Shown: positions 36,933-47,004, counted from the stretch's first letter. The stretch: DNA of 48,774 nt from Sulfurimonadaceae bacterium (GCA_041571435.1 JBFFUI010000013.1:1-48774), one strand, 5' to 3'. A program made the numbers and translations. The notes: a model not told the origin generated them from the sequence alone.

Positions 36933-39119
36933 TTAGCTTACAAAGACGTTTGGAACAATAAGCGGGTATTTTTTCATTTTGCGATAGATATGTTTGCGAA
37001 CAACGGCACGAAGGTCATTTTCCATCGCTTTGGCATTTTCAATAAGGCCTGGTTTGAGGTTGACCAGGAAGTGTTCAAGCACATCCTCCATCTCCGCAGC
37101 AAAGGCTTTGTCCTGCTTATCCGGAACAATACCGAAGCTTGTGACACGCGGTTTGGCGATAAGACGCGAGTCGCTCTGAGAGACCTGGGCGACGATCATA
37201 ACCATACCGTCATTTGCCATCTTCTGACGGTCGACAACGACATCATCAGCGATCATGTGGTTGTTCTGGTTGTCGATATAGGTCTTGCCTGATTTAACCG
37301 ATTTGGCTTTACGCATATACTTCGGTGTCACTTCAATACAGTCACCATCGCCCATTAACAGAATGTTTCGCTCAGGGATACCACACTGCATTGCCGTCTC
37401 TTTATGGCGCATAACGTGGTTATATTCACCGTGAATCGGCATAAAGAACTTCGGCTGAACGAGGCGAAGAAGCAGCTTCTGCTCCTCAATACCGCCATGT
37501 CCTGATACGTGTAGATCGCGGTCACGCGCAATACGGGCACCCGCTTTCTCAAGGTGGTTCGTCATCTCGGAGATACCGGCTTCGTTACCCGGGATCGCGC
37601 GAGACGAAAGAATGACAAGGTCCGTCGGCTTGATCTTGATATGACGGTGTTCACCGATCGCAGTTCTGAAAAGTGCCGAGTTCTGTTCCCCCTGAGAACC
37701 GGTCGTAATGATCAGTACCTCTTTATCGTTCATGCGGGAAACATCATCTGCATCAACAAAGATGTTTTTCGGGAATTCAAGATATTTGTACTGCATCGAG
37801 ACCTCAAGGTTGCGCTCCATTGAACGCCCGATGACACAGACTTTACGACCGTACTTGATACCGTAGTTGATCGCCTGCTCCAGACGGTGCAGGTTCGAGC
37901 TGAATGTCGAAAGGATGATACGCCCTTCTGCTTTTGAGAAGACACGATCAAGCGCCGGTGCAACAGAGAGCTCACTCGGTGTAATCTCTTTGTTATATGA
38001 GTTAGTCGAGTCAGACATCAACAACAAGACACCCTTTTCGCCGTAATGTGCGTAACGGTGAAGGTCTGTCGTGTAGCCATCAATAGGCGTATGATCGATC
38101 TTGAAGTCACCCGTATGGATAACGGTACCGGCTTCAGTCGTGATCGCTACCGATGATGAGTCCAAAATCGAGTGGGTGATGTGCATCCACTCGATTTCGA
38201 AGTCGTTACCGATCTTATAGACTTTACGCTTTTCAATCGGACGGAAGTGACGGCGGGCATCGGTCAGTTTATGCTCATCAAACTTGTTCCCGATCATTGC
38301 TAGCGGCATCGCCGTTCCGTAAACCGGGAACTGCAGGCCGTCTTTAAAGAGGTACGGCATCGCACCGATGTGGTCTTCGTGCGCATGGGTGATAATAATA
38401 CCGACGATCTTGTTCTTGATCTCTCTGATGTACGTAAAATCAGGTACGAGGATATCGACACCGTGCATCGTCTCATCCGGAAAACTCATTCCGACATCAA
38501 TAAGGATCGCTTCGTTGTCGGTCTCGATCACCATCATGTTACCGCCGATCTCGCCGAGACCGCCCAGTGGTGTAACACGTACCTTGCCTTTAGACTGCAG
38601 GTCTAACTTGTTATGCGGGTTCAGACGTTCAGCCTGCACCTCTTTGTTTCTAATAGCACAATCAAGAAGTGTCTGATCAACCGGTGCAGGTCCGTGACGA
38701 CGACGGTTTTTATTACCGCCACCGCCACCTTGACGGTTTTTGCTGCCGCCGCCACCTTGGCGGTTTTGGTTACCACGATTCTCACCCTGACGGTTTTGAC
38801 CACTGTTGCGACTCTCTTTGTTTCTGTTTTCGCCGCCGGCTTGACGATTCTGGTTGCTACGGCTACGGTTGCGGTTTGGCTGACGGTTTCCATCCACGTT
38901 GCGCTCTTGCGGCTGACGGTTCCCGTCTACCTCACGACCCTCTTGTGGTTGACGATTTCCGTCCACTTCACGATTTTCACGTGGTTTGCGATTTCCGCTG
39001 CGGTTTTGGTTACGGGGACGACGGGGGCGGGATTGCTGAGCATCACCCTCTTTACGAGGTGCCTGTGCCGGCTTGTTTTCTGTTTTAGTATTGTTTTCTG
39101 GGTTTTGTGTATCTGACAT
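36933..39119 (-). CDS. rnj: Ribonuclease J with long disordered N-terminal extension
   Basis: PLGGLGEIGGN, THAHEDHIG, HTGDFKID, HVSGH, PIHGE. Confidence 0.96.
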   Translation of the reverse strand: MSDTQNPENNTKTENKPAQAPRKEGDAQQSRPRRPRNQNRSGNRKPRENREVDGNRQPQEGREVDGNRQPQERNVDGNRQPNRNRSRSNQNRQAGGENRNKESRNSGQNRQGENRGNQNRQGGGGSKNRQGGGGGNKNRRRHGPAPVDQTLLDCAIRNKEVQAERLNPHNKLDLQSKGKVRVTPLGGLGEIGGNMMVIETDNEAILIDVGMSFPDETMHGVDILVPDFTYIREIKNKIVGIIITHAHEDHIGAMPYLFKDGLQFPVYGTAMPLAMIGNKFDEHKLTDARRHFRPIEKRKVYKIGNDFEIEWMHITHSILDSSSVAITTEAGTVIHTGDFKIDHTPIDGYTTDLHRYAHYGEKGVLLLMSDSTNSYNKEITPSELSVAPALDRVFSKAEGRIILSTFSSNLHRLEQAINYGIKYGRKVCVIGRSMERNLEVSMQYKYLEFPKNIFVDADDVSRMNDKEVLIITTGSQGEQNSALFRTAIGEHRHIKIKPTDLVILSSRAIPGNEAGISEMTNHLEKAGARIARDRDLHVSGHGGIEEQKLLLRLVQPKFFMPIHGEYNHVMRHKETAMQCGIPERNILLMGDGDCIEVTPKYMRKAKSVKSGKTYIDNQNNHMIADDVVVDRQKMANDGMVMIVAQVSQSDSRLIAKPRVTSFGIVPDKQDKAFAAEMEDVLEHFLVNLKPGLIENAKAMENDLRAVVRKHIYRKMKKYPLIVPNVFVS
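38877..38972 (-). repeat. Three in-frame tandem repeats encoding R(E/N)VDGNRQP(QE) within rnj
   Basis: Units 38972-38937, 38936-38904 and 38903-38877, differing largely at synonymous positions. Confidence 0.9.
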
Positions 39120-39165
39120 ACATCTTTCCTTTGTGTACGTCTGTTGTTTATGAGCAGAACAGACG

Positions 39166-39945
39166 TTAAATATTTTCTAATAATTTGAATAGTTGGTGAT
39201 AGTCTTTTGTCGCGACTTGATGGGGTCGAATCGAAGGAGCGAGTTCCAACTGCTCTAAAGCAGCCTTCACCTTCTCTTTTTCGTAACGTGAAGAGAGATT
39301 TTTAAAAAGTGTCTTTCTCGGCTGTGTGAAAGCCGCTTTGAGCATAAGTTCAAACACTTCATCGTTCCGGCTGGCGCTCTTTTTAATGAGCAGAACAGCC
39401 GAGTCGACCTTTGGAGCAGGGTCAAATGCTTCCGGCGGAACGTGAACCACAATCTCGGCTTCACCTACCGTCTGAGCAATAACACTTAATGCCCCAAAGT
39501 TTTTGTCTCCCGGAGCAGCAGAGAACTTCTCTGCCACCTCACGCTGAATCATAACCAGTAGATATTCGCAATTCGGATCTGCAAGGGCTTTCAGGATGAT
39601 GTTTGTGGCTATGTAGTAGGGCAAGTTTGCCACTAATGCATAGGGTTCATCCAAAAGCTCACTCTGCCACGCCTCTAGAACATCACCACATCTAAGGGTG
39701 AGCCGGCTGGTTTTGATCTCTTCTTTAAATTCGCGGTTTAAGTACTGGCATAAATCGGTATCGACCTCAAAAGCGACAACACTTTTGACATCCACTAAAA
39801 ACTTAGTTAAATCACCTAAGCCAGGCCCAATCTCTGCAATAATACTATCGCTTTTGGGCATCGCTTCGACGATTTCATACAGCACGGAACGGTCTTTTAA
39901 AAAGTTCTGGCCAAACTGTTTTTTGGCTACATGCTCGTTATTCAT
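39166..39945 (-). CDS. rsmA: 16S rRNA adenine dimethyltransferase RsmA/KsgA
   Basis: KKQFGQNFL, EIGPGLG, VANLPYYI, QREVA, PKVDS. Confidence 0.97.
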   Translation of the reverse strand: MNNEHVAKKQFGQNFLKDRSVLYEIVEAMPKSDSIIAEIGPGLGDLTKFLVDVKSVVAFEVDTDLCQYLNREFKEEIKTSRLTLRCGDVLEAWQSELLDEPYALVANLPYYIATNIILKALADPNCEYLLVMIQREVAEKFSAAPGDKNFGALSVIAQTVGEAEIVVHVPPEAFDPAPKVDSAVLLIKKSASRNDEVFELMLKAAFTQPRKTLFKNLSSRYEKEKVKAALEQLELAPSIRPHQVATKDYHQLFKLLENI

Positions 39946-40181
39946 AGGTCATTATACTACGAAAGTGCTTATAAAAAGATAATGGGAAGTAATATTACTC
40001 AGTTCGTGATTCTGAACACAAATGTATGCCAGCAACTTTAACTTTCCTGTTAGAATAAGCGTTCTTCTCTTAACATTGCGCTAACCCCTCTATGTCATCA
40101 TCTCTTTATTGTTATCGATAAGCGTGTCGACTCTTATCGTGATTTTGCTACACTAACCAAAGTAGCTAGAAAGGAAAAGAG

Positions 40182-40835
40182 ATGGCACGTCTATTGCTGG
40201 TCGAAGATGATGTAAACCTTGCAGAGACCCTTATTGAGCTCTTGAAGTTGGAGAACTTTGAAGTACGCTGGGTCGGTGATGGGCAGCAGGCCATTGATGC
40301 AACCTTTATGCACAACTTCGACCTTTTTCTCCTCGATGTCAACGTCCCCTTTGTAAACGGATTTGAGCTCCTTGACGAACTGCGCGAGAGCGGAGACGAG
40401 ACCCCCGCCATCTTTATCACGGCCATGAGCGATATCGCCTCCCTCTCAAAGGGTTTTGCGGTCGGCGCTGACGATTACATCAAAAAACCTTTTGACTTTG
40501 ACGAGCTGATTGTACGCATCTATTCGCTGATACGCAAACGGCTCAAGATCAAAGAGAACATCATCACTGTTGATGATTTCCTTTTTCATATTGACACCAA
40601 TGAGCTCTACCGAGGAGAACACTTTATCCCGCTCGCCCCTGTCGAGCTTAAGCTTGCCGCCCTGCTCTTTAAACAGATAAACACGACCATCACCAAAGAG
40701 AACATCCTTATAGAGCTCTCCGATGGGGAAGAAGCGAGCGAGGGCGCCTTACGTGTCCATATCAACAAGCTGCGCAAACACGGGCTGCCTATACAGACCG
40801 TCAAAGGGACAGGATACCGTCTTGCGTCATCATGA
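40182..40835 (+). CDS. OmpR/PhoB-family response regulator
   Basis: LLVEDD, LLDVNVP, GADDYIKKPF, winged helix LRVHINKLRK...TVKGTGY. Confidence 0.93.
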   Translation: MARLLLVEDDVNLAETLIELLKLENFEVRWVGDGQQAIDATFMHNFDLFLLDVNVPFVNGFELLDELRESGDETPAIFITAMSDIASLSKGFAVGADDYIKKPFDFDELIVRIYSLIRKRLKIKENIITVDDFLFHIDTNELYRGEHFIPLAPVELKLAALLFKQINTTITKENILIELSDGEEASEGALRVHINKLRKHGLPIQTVKGTGYRLASS

Positions 40836-41877
40836 AAAACGATCGTTCTGGAAATTTTTCCTGGCTTACTTCAGCAGTGTCGCCGTGCTTATTTTGCTGG
40901 CAGGGCATTTCTACTATGAACAGCAGTACGAACAACGCATCAAAGATGAACATTTTGCCATTATTAACTACGCCCGGCAGCTCAAGATGCATGAACCGAC
41001 CGTCGCCAAGGATATCAACCACTCGATCGTGATGAAACAGATAGATGACTTCAGCATGGACACGCTTATTATCACGGACGACACGATCGAAAAGTATATC
41101 CCTGCCAACAAATGGCATACCCACTTTATACTGATTCAAAAAGATCGCAAACACTTTGATGCACATATCGAAGAGCTTCGTATCCAGATCATTGCCATTC
41201 AGATCATCCTACTGATACTGTTTGCCCTTATCAGCCTCTTTCTGACCAACCATGCGCTGCGTCCGATGAGAGAGGCCATCAGTACACTCGACAAGTTCAC
41301 CAAGGATCTTATTCACGACCTCAACACCCCTCTGACCACGATCAAGCTCAACCTGAAACTGCTCGATAAAGACCCTTCTTTCCGCGACAACAACGCGCTC
41401 AGCCGAATCGAACAAAGCAGCTATGAGATCACCGAGCTTCATGAAAACCTCAGGATCCTGCTTGAAGAGGACACCTTCCAGCTGGAAGAGATCGAGGTCT
41501 GCAAGATCGCGGATGAACTTATTCATACCTATGAAGCGATCTACACCACCCTCGACTTCAGCTTTGAATGCACACCGTTTCAAAGCCTTCTCAATGAAAA
41601 TGCCCTGAGACAGATACTGCACAACCTGCTTTCCAACAGCTGCAGATACAACCGTCGCCACGGCAGCATAAAGGTCTATAACAAGGGTCCTACACTCTAT
41701 ATTCAAGACAGCGGAATCGGTATTGACAATCCGGAACGCATCTTTGAACGCAACTACTCTGAACAGAGTAGCAGCGGGATCGGACTGGACATTGTAAAAC
41801 GGCTTTGTGATGCGATGGAGATCAAGATAAAAGTAGCCTCATCCTCTGAAGGAACGACCGTTTCGCTTACTTTTTAG
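40822..41877 (+). CDS. Sensor histidine kinase (2 TM, HisKA, HATPase)
   Basis: LIHDLNTPL, NLLSNS, DSGIGI, GIGL; probable TTG start at 40822, overlapping the regulator. Confidence 0.9.
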   Translation: MRHHEKRSFWKFFLAYFSSVAVLILLAGHFYYEQQYEQRIKDEHFAIINYARQLKMHEPTVAKDINHSIVMKQIDDFSMDTLIITDDTIEKYIPANKWHTHFILIQKDRKHFDAHIEELRIQIIAIQIILLILFALISLFLTNHALRPMREAISTLDKFTKDLIHDLNTPLTTIKLNLKLLDKDPSFRDNNALSRIEQSSYEITELHENLRILLEEDTFQLEEIEVCKIADELIHTYEAIYTTLDFSFECTPFQSLLNENALRQILHNLLSNSCRYNRRHGSIKVYNKGPTLYIQDSGIGIDNPERIFERNYSEQSSSGIGLDIVKRLCDAMEIKIKVASSSEGTTVSLTF

Positions 41878-43244
41878 CTAAAACGTACTGCCATCTGCAG
41901 CCATTGCAGGAAAATATAGAACCAGACCATAGAACCGGCACTTATCCAGGCCATGAGTCTCAGAGACAATGTCGACTTGTAACGTCCGAGTCGGACATAG
42001 AGCAGAACGGCACTGGCAGCCGCCCCCAGGTAGCCAAACAGCTTAAAGAGATGTACCCACTTGTCTCTAAAGCTGGCCAATGGCTTGACCACGGTCTCGT
42101 CGCCGATCATCCAGTAATATGAGGTTGCCAGATCATTCGCGTAGTGCAGGAAGAAAAAACTGCCGACATGCGACAGTGAACCCAGGATCATCAACGGTGC
42201 CAAAGCATATGCAAGATTTTTGGTCACCTCGTTTAACGGTGCTTTTACGATCAGAGAGGCTAGTTTAAAACCGCCAAAGACGAGTAGCAGCACAGAAGCA
42301 AAAGCTATCCATACCGCATTAAAGCCGACCCAGTCGATCCCCAGAGGTATACCGCCCTCCATCCACATGCCGAGCTTGTACCAAGGCAGCTCCGTCTTGA
42401 TCGGACTGTGCCCCAGGGCGTGATGAAAACTCATTGTGATCGTAATCACCGCCAACAGCGTAACAAAGACCCAGACATGCATGTTGTGTCGGTCTTTGAT
42501 TTCACCCGTCAGGCCCGACATCGGTTTCACGATGCTGAACGAGACCGCCTCACATGACTGTGCACAGTCCATACAGAGGGTGCAGTCGCGCATCGAATTT
42601 TTCTTCTCGAACAGATAGGGCTGAAGACCGGAGGCACAGACCGCGGCGCAGTCAAAGGTCTCGCACTCTTTACAGGCACTTTGATAGGTTGAGAGTTTGA
42701 CCGGGCCGATCTTGCCGTAGGTTTTTGTCACGGCACCTATGGGACAGAGATAGCTGCAGTAGGCCATATCTTTAAACATATTGAAGCTGAGTGCCGCGAC
42801 CGCTGTCAAAATCAGAAAGAGTGACGAGGCGACCAGAGGTGTCTTGAGAGCACCCGGCAGCAGGTAGACCGGCAGCCAGTAGAGGATAATCAGGATGGCC
42901 AGACCGATACCGCGTTTCTTCAGCCAGGACGGCACCTCTTTCTGAAGACCGAACTTTGCCATCCAGCGTCCCATCACACCGTGAGGGCAGATGCCGCAGA
43001 AACCTGGGCCGAGTGCAACAATAGAGACGATCATAAAGAAGGGCCAGAAGAGCGACCAAAATATGGCTGTTGTGTAGGGGTTTTCAGAGAGTTCAGGATA
43101 GGCAAACCCAAAATAGAGGGCGGAGACGAAGAGCAGCATCGTCACTGTTCGTACAGCGAAAAGCGCTACTCTGTTTTTAAAGATAAACCCGACTAGCGGC
43201 CATCCGAAGATGTCGCTATTGTCTCTTTTTTGGGACCTTACCAT
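41874..43244 (-). CDS. Membrane polyferredoxin (4Fe-4S binding, NapH/MauN/FtrD-like)
   Basis: CGICPHG, CSYLCPIG, CKECETFDCAAVC, CTLCMDCAQSC plus many TM segments. Confidence 0.85.
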   Translation of the reverse strand: MVRSQKRDNSDIFGWPLVGFIFKNRVALFAVRTVTMLLFVSALYFGFAYPELSENPYTTAIFWSLFWPFFMIVSIVALGPGFCGICPHGVMGRWMAKFGLQKEVPSWLKKRGIGLAILIILYWLPVYLLPGALKTPLVASSLFLILTAVAALSFNMFKDMAYCSYLCPIGAVTKTYGKIGPVKLSTYQSACKECETFDCAAVCASGLQPYLFEKKNSMRDCTLCMDCAQSCEAVSFSIVKPMSGLTGEIKDRHNMHVWVFVTLLAVITITMSFHHALGHSPIKTELPWYKLGMWMEGGIPLGIDWVGFNAVWIAFASVLLLVFGGFKLASLIVKAPLNEVTKNLAYALAPLMILGSLSHVGSFFFLHYANDLATSYYWMIGDETVVKPLASFRDKWVHLFKLFGYLGAAASAVLLYVRLGRYKSTLSLRLMAWISAGSMVWFYIFLQWLQMAVRFS

Positions 43245-43253
43245 GATCTGCTC

Positions 43254-45350
43254 CTAGAATGCGTAGCTGTAACTCACCATCGCACTGCGCGGCGTGCCTG
43301 GTGTGTAAGCGTTGTAATACGGTGTTTTATTGGCCTCTGTCGCATAACGCTTGTCGAAGATGTTGTTAACATTAAGCTGCAGCTTGTGGGCATCCAGTCG
43401 ATAGGCCAACATCAGGTTGGTGACCAACGTAAAACCTTCGTACTTCTCCGTGTTGGCATCATCCATATAGTACGCACCATAGCTGACACCCTCAAGTCGG
43501 CTTGAGAAGCCGCCAATACGATATCCTGCGAAGACAGAGTATTGATAATTTGGGATATAGCGCTGTTTGTTGCCTGAATAGGAGATGTTCTCGTCAACGT
43601 AGTCAACATAACTGTAGTCATAGAGGGAGCCTGCCGCACCGACATCCAACTCTTTTGTTACGAAGTAATCCATTGCCAGCTCAGCACCGAGCCGTCTGGT
43701 CTGTCCGGCATTATTATAATAGGTCGCATCGCTCTCGCCTTTGACGGCAACGATCTCATCGCGTACATCATTGTAGTAAAGTGAAAAATCGACACTGAGA
43801 TCCGCACTGCGCTGTTTCAGGCCAACCTCGTAATTGATTGACGTCGATGCTTTCAGCGACGGCGACGTTCCGTATGAGAAGTTGGCTCTCACTTCACTGT
43901 CTGTCGGTGCCTGATTTGCCGAGGCGATCAATCCATAAACATTGAGCGAATTGGTTAAGGCGTACGTCGCACCGATCTTAGGCGAGTAGAGGTTATACCC
44001 CTCTTGAAGCTCAAACGCCCCTACACCGGCAATGTAGTTTCCTGCGCCGTAGTCATAACGTGTTGTCTCGTTACCTTTGACATCAAAGTCCAGACGGTCA
44101 TAACGTAATCCGATGTCGACGATAAGATCTTTGACCGGACGGAAAGACTCCTGTAGATAAAGGCCGTACAGTGTGCTGAGCCCGTCTTCCGTACCGGCAA
44201 GTGCCCCTTTTTCATCCGAATTGACTCTCTTGATAACGATTGGTGCAAACGGTGAAGGAAACAGAGGCCCCTCATCATAATCGGCATACTCATACTTTTC
44301 ACTGTCTTTGTAGTAATCCGCACGTGCCGTGACGCCGAAAACAAAGTTGGCGTCGTTGCCAAGAAAGGCATGTTTATAATCAAACGCAATGTCTCCGCCG
44401 CCGACGTAATGCCCGTTTGTCTCGTTGATCATACCGGTAACAGGGTGAAAATGGTCCCACTGTGTCAGATAGAGCTGCGGTTTGAAGGTGAGATCACCAA
44501 ACTCTTTTTCATAACGTATGTTGGCATAGTAGCTTTGCGAGTAACGACCGCTGTATTGCCATGGTCCTTCTTCATCCCCGTTGGACGTCTCTCCAGACTC
44601 CAGATAGGCATCGAATCCTGTCTGTCGAAGTGACTGCGGCAGTTGAAGGTTTGCGTCCGAAAACGAGAACTCCATCTCGACAGAAGAGTCGTCTGCGAAG
44701 ATGTGGCCGTACTTCAGACTGGCCTGTGTTGTGTCAAATTCATTCCATTCGCGCCAGCTGTTATCCGATTGTCTGCGGGAGATACTGACGCCGACATAAT
44801 CATTCTCATCAACGGCGTATGAGGCTTTGATGTTTGCATTGACACTGTTGAAACTGCCATAACCGAGCTTGAAACGATTGTTATCGGTATCAAAGACCGA
44901 CTTGGAGTTGATGGCCACGACACCGCCGCTGGCATTGGCCGCTACAATAGAGCCCGGTCCCTTATAGACCTCGACACTCTCCATGTCATCCACATCGATA
45001 AAGTCCATGCGTGAGAAGCTGTCCGGATCGGTCATCGGCACGCCATCACGCATCACCATGATCTCACGGATACCGTAACGCGCTTTCAGGCCCGCCCCAC
45101 GGATAATCAAGCGGCTGTCATAACCGTTGCTTTTATCCATGGCGATGACGCCCGGTATCGTGTTAATAGCATCCTTGACATTAAGCACGTTTTTCTCTTC
45201 GATCTCTTCACTGTCTACGACCGCAACACTCTGCGGTACCGTTTTGGTCTCACGTTCGACCTTCGTCGCGGTCACACTCATACTGTCCAGGACGATCTCT
45301 TCTGCCATCACTGATGCTGCTATGGCACTTACTAAAAGTATTCTTTTCAT
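43254..45350 (-). CDS. TonB-dependent outer-membrane receptor
   Basis: Signal peptide, TonB box DSMSVTA, plug IRG...DGVP...VEVYKGPGS, NNIFDKRY, C-terminal YSYAF. Confidence 0.93.
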   Translation of the reverse strand: MKRILLVSAIAASVMAEEIVLDSMSVTATKVERETKTVPQSVAVVDSEEIEEKNVLNVKDAINTIPGVIAMDKSNGYDSRLIIRGAGLKARYGIREIMVMRDGVPMTDPDSFSRMDFIDVDDMESVEVYKGPGSIVAANASGGVVAINSKSVFDTDNNRFKLGYGSFNSVNANIKASYAVDENDYVGVSISRRQSDNSWREWNEFDTTQASLKYGHIFADDSSVEMEFSFSDANLQLPQSLRQTGFDAYLESGETSNGDEEGPWQYSGRYSQSYYANIRYEKEFGDLTFKPQLYLTQWDHFHPVTGMINETNGHYVGGGDIAFDYKHAFLGNDANFVFGVTARADYYKDSEKYEYADYDEGPLFPSPFAPIVIKRVNSDEKGALAGTEDGLSTLYGLYLQESFRPVKDLIVDIGLRYDRLDFDVKGNETTRYDYGAGNYIAGVGAFELQEGYNLYSPKIGATYALTNSLNVYGLIASANQAPTDSEVRANFSYGTSPSLKASTSINYEVGLKQRSADLSVDFSLYYNDVRDEIVAVKGESDATYYNNAGQTRRLGAELAMDYFVTKELDVGAAGSLYDYSYVDYVDENISYSGNKQRYIPNYQYSVFAGYRIGGFSSRLEGVSYGAYYMDDANTEKYEGFTLVTNLMLAYRLDAHKLQLNVNNIFDKRYATEANKTPYYNAYTPGTPRSAMVSYSYAF

Positions 45351-45383
45351 TTTAAACTACATTCCTAATACAAGTTTTGACGA

Positions 45384-45415
45384 ATGTTATAAAAAAAGTG
45401 TTATTTTAGTGTTAC
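45384..45415 (-). promoter_or_regulatory. Direct repeats upstream of the TonB receptor (possible OmpR-family binding site)
   Basis: AGTGTTAT (45397) and AGTGTTAC (45408) 11 nt apart, plus ATGTTAT (45384). Confidence 0.45.
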
Positions 45416-45481
45416 ACTTTACCCGTATGCAGCCCCGCTTTACTGTAAAATAACGTTCATATAACTCTGGGGCAGGATACA

Positions 45482-45700
45482 ATGGACAACGACATCAAAT
45501 TTACACTCGACGCTGAAACCTTAGAAAAGCTGTCTGCCTTTGGCGAGCTGCTTGGCAAAGATGCAAATACAATGCTCAACGAAGCGTTGCAGCTCTATTT
45601 CGAGACAGAAGAGGAGAAGTTGGCAGAAAAAAGTGCCGCTGAACGCGATGCCATGACCAACCTCAGCTTCGATGAGTTCTGGGACGGCGTCGATCTATAA
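45482..45700 (+). CDS. Small acidic protein, ribbon-helix-helix/CopG-like
   Basis: IKFTLD beta strand followed by two helices ending in EALQLYF; AGGA RBS. Confidence 0.6.
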   Translation: MDNDIKFTLDAETLEKLSAFGELLGKDANTMLNEALQLYFETEEEKLAEKSAAERDAMTNLSFDEFWDGVDL

Positions 45701-45755
45701 GTTAACGTTTTCTTAATACAATTCCACTATCATTTTCAAAATTTAAGGAGTCCCT

Positions 45756-46157
45756 ATGCGAAAGATCACTGTTCTGCTGCTGCTATCAGCTTCACTTTTC
45801 GGTGCCGACGGCTATGAAGTCTATAAAAACAACTGTGCCAAGTGTCATATTGAGATGATCTCAAAGACAGAAGCACTGAAAAAATTCAAGACCCTGAAGG
45901 CGCCCCCTATGGTCGAAATCTCCAACCAGCTTAAAAACACGATCATGATCCGCAGCGAAGACGAAGAGGTGCACCGCTTTGTAACGATCGCCTTTATCAA
46001 AGAGTACATCAAAAACCCGTCAATCGACTATTTTATGTGTAAGGCGGGCGCCGTCGACAATTTTGGAATAATGCCCGTACAATCTCATCTGAAAGAAGAT
46101 GAGCGACAAGCCGTAGCGGAGTGGATCTACGATCGCTACGAGGATGTCGATTTTTAG
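45756..46157 (+). CDS. Monoheme c-type cytochrome
   Basis: Signal peptide, CAKCH, GIMP distal Met candidate; AAGGAG RBS. Confidence 0.88.
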   Translation: MRKITVLLLLSASLFGADGYEVYKNNCAKCHIEMISKTEALKKFKTLKAPPMVEISNQLKNTIMIRSEDEEVHRFVTIAFIKEYIKNPSIDYFMCKAGAVDNFGIMPVQSHLKEDERQAVAEWIYDRYEDVDF

Positions 46158-46349
46158 CCAGACCCACTCGATGCCTCTTCTCTTTTAAAGGCACCCTCTT
46201 TCCAAACCTTTGCCATTGGTACACAATACGCAGAGGCAACGCTTCTTTCCATACAGAACCCATCATTCGACTGACACCGCTATTGTTCTTTACGTTTGAG
46301 GATTCTGCTACCATAATGAACAATATTTAAAGATAGAGGCGAAACAAGC

Positions 46350-46907
46350 ATGTTCGTTACGACCTGGATACGAAGTACTGTTTTAACACTGTTAGTGCTG
46401 TTATACAGCAATGCATTCGCTGATAGTCGTGAAAATGCCGAAGTTGCAGGGAACATTGTTCTGACCCTCCTGCCAGCAGCGGCTCTCGGTAAAGCAGTCT
46501 ATGAGCAAGATATGGAGGGCGGTTGGCAATACACAGAATCGATCGTGACCGCGACGGCGGCAACGCAGATTCTAAAGTACTCTATAGATGCCCAGCGCCC
46601 TAACGGTGCTGACGACCACTCCTTCCCCTCCGGGCACACCTCGGCTGCCTTTTCCACGGCGTCCTTTATTCAGATGCGCTACGGCTGGGCATATGGTGCA
46701 CCGGCCTATCTTGCCGCGAGCTTTGTAGGCTGGAGCCGTGTCTATTCGGATAACCACTACACGCGCGATGTCCTTGCCGGAGCAGCCATCGGCATTGTCA
46801 GCAGCTATATCTTTGCCGACGCCTATACGAAAGGGGTGGCTGTGACGCCTATCGCTGAAAATGGCATCTATGGTCTAAAAATATCTAGCCGTTTCACTAC
46901 GTTCTGA
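46350..46907 (+). CDS. PAP2-family phosphatase (LpxE-like)
   Basis: K-x6-RP, PSGH and SR-x5-H-x3-D motifs. Confidence 0.88.
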   Translation: MFVTTWIRSTVLTLLVLLYSNAFADSRENAEVAGNIVLTLLPAAALGKAVYEQDMEGGWQYTESIVTATAATQILKYSIDAQRPNGADDHSFPSGHTSAAFSTASFIQMRYGWAYGAPAYLAASFVGWSRVYSDNHYTRDVLAGAAIGIVSSYIFADAYTKGVAVTPIAENGIYGLKISSRFTTF

Positions 46908-47004
46908 TCACATCTACAGGACGGTTACTACGCTTATTCCTTAACATTACGCTAATACGCTCGCTGTACTATTCTATGATGATAAATAGATTATAAGGAA
47001 CAGT

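Noticed and set aside
38700-38972. CRISPR-like or mobile repeat array
   Set aside because: Repeats are in-frame coding units of rnj without spacers, and no cas genes are present
39988-39999. AGTAATATTACT palindrome as a Zur/Fur box
   Set aside because: Short, AT-rich, single copy and not upstream of the metal transport genes
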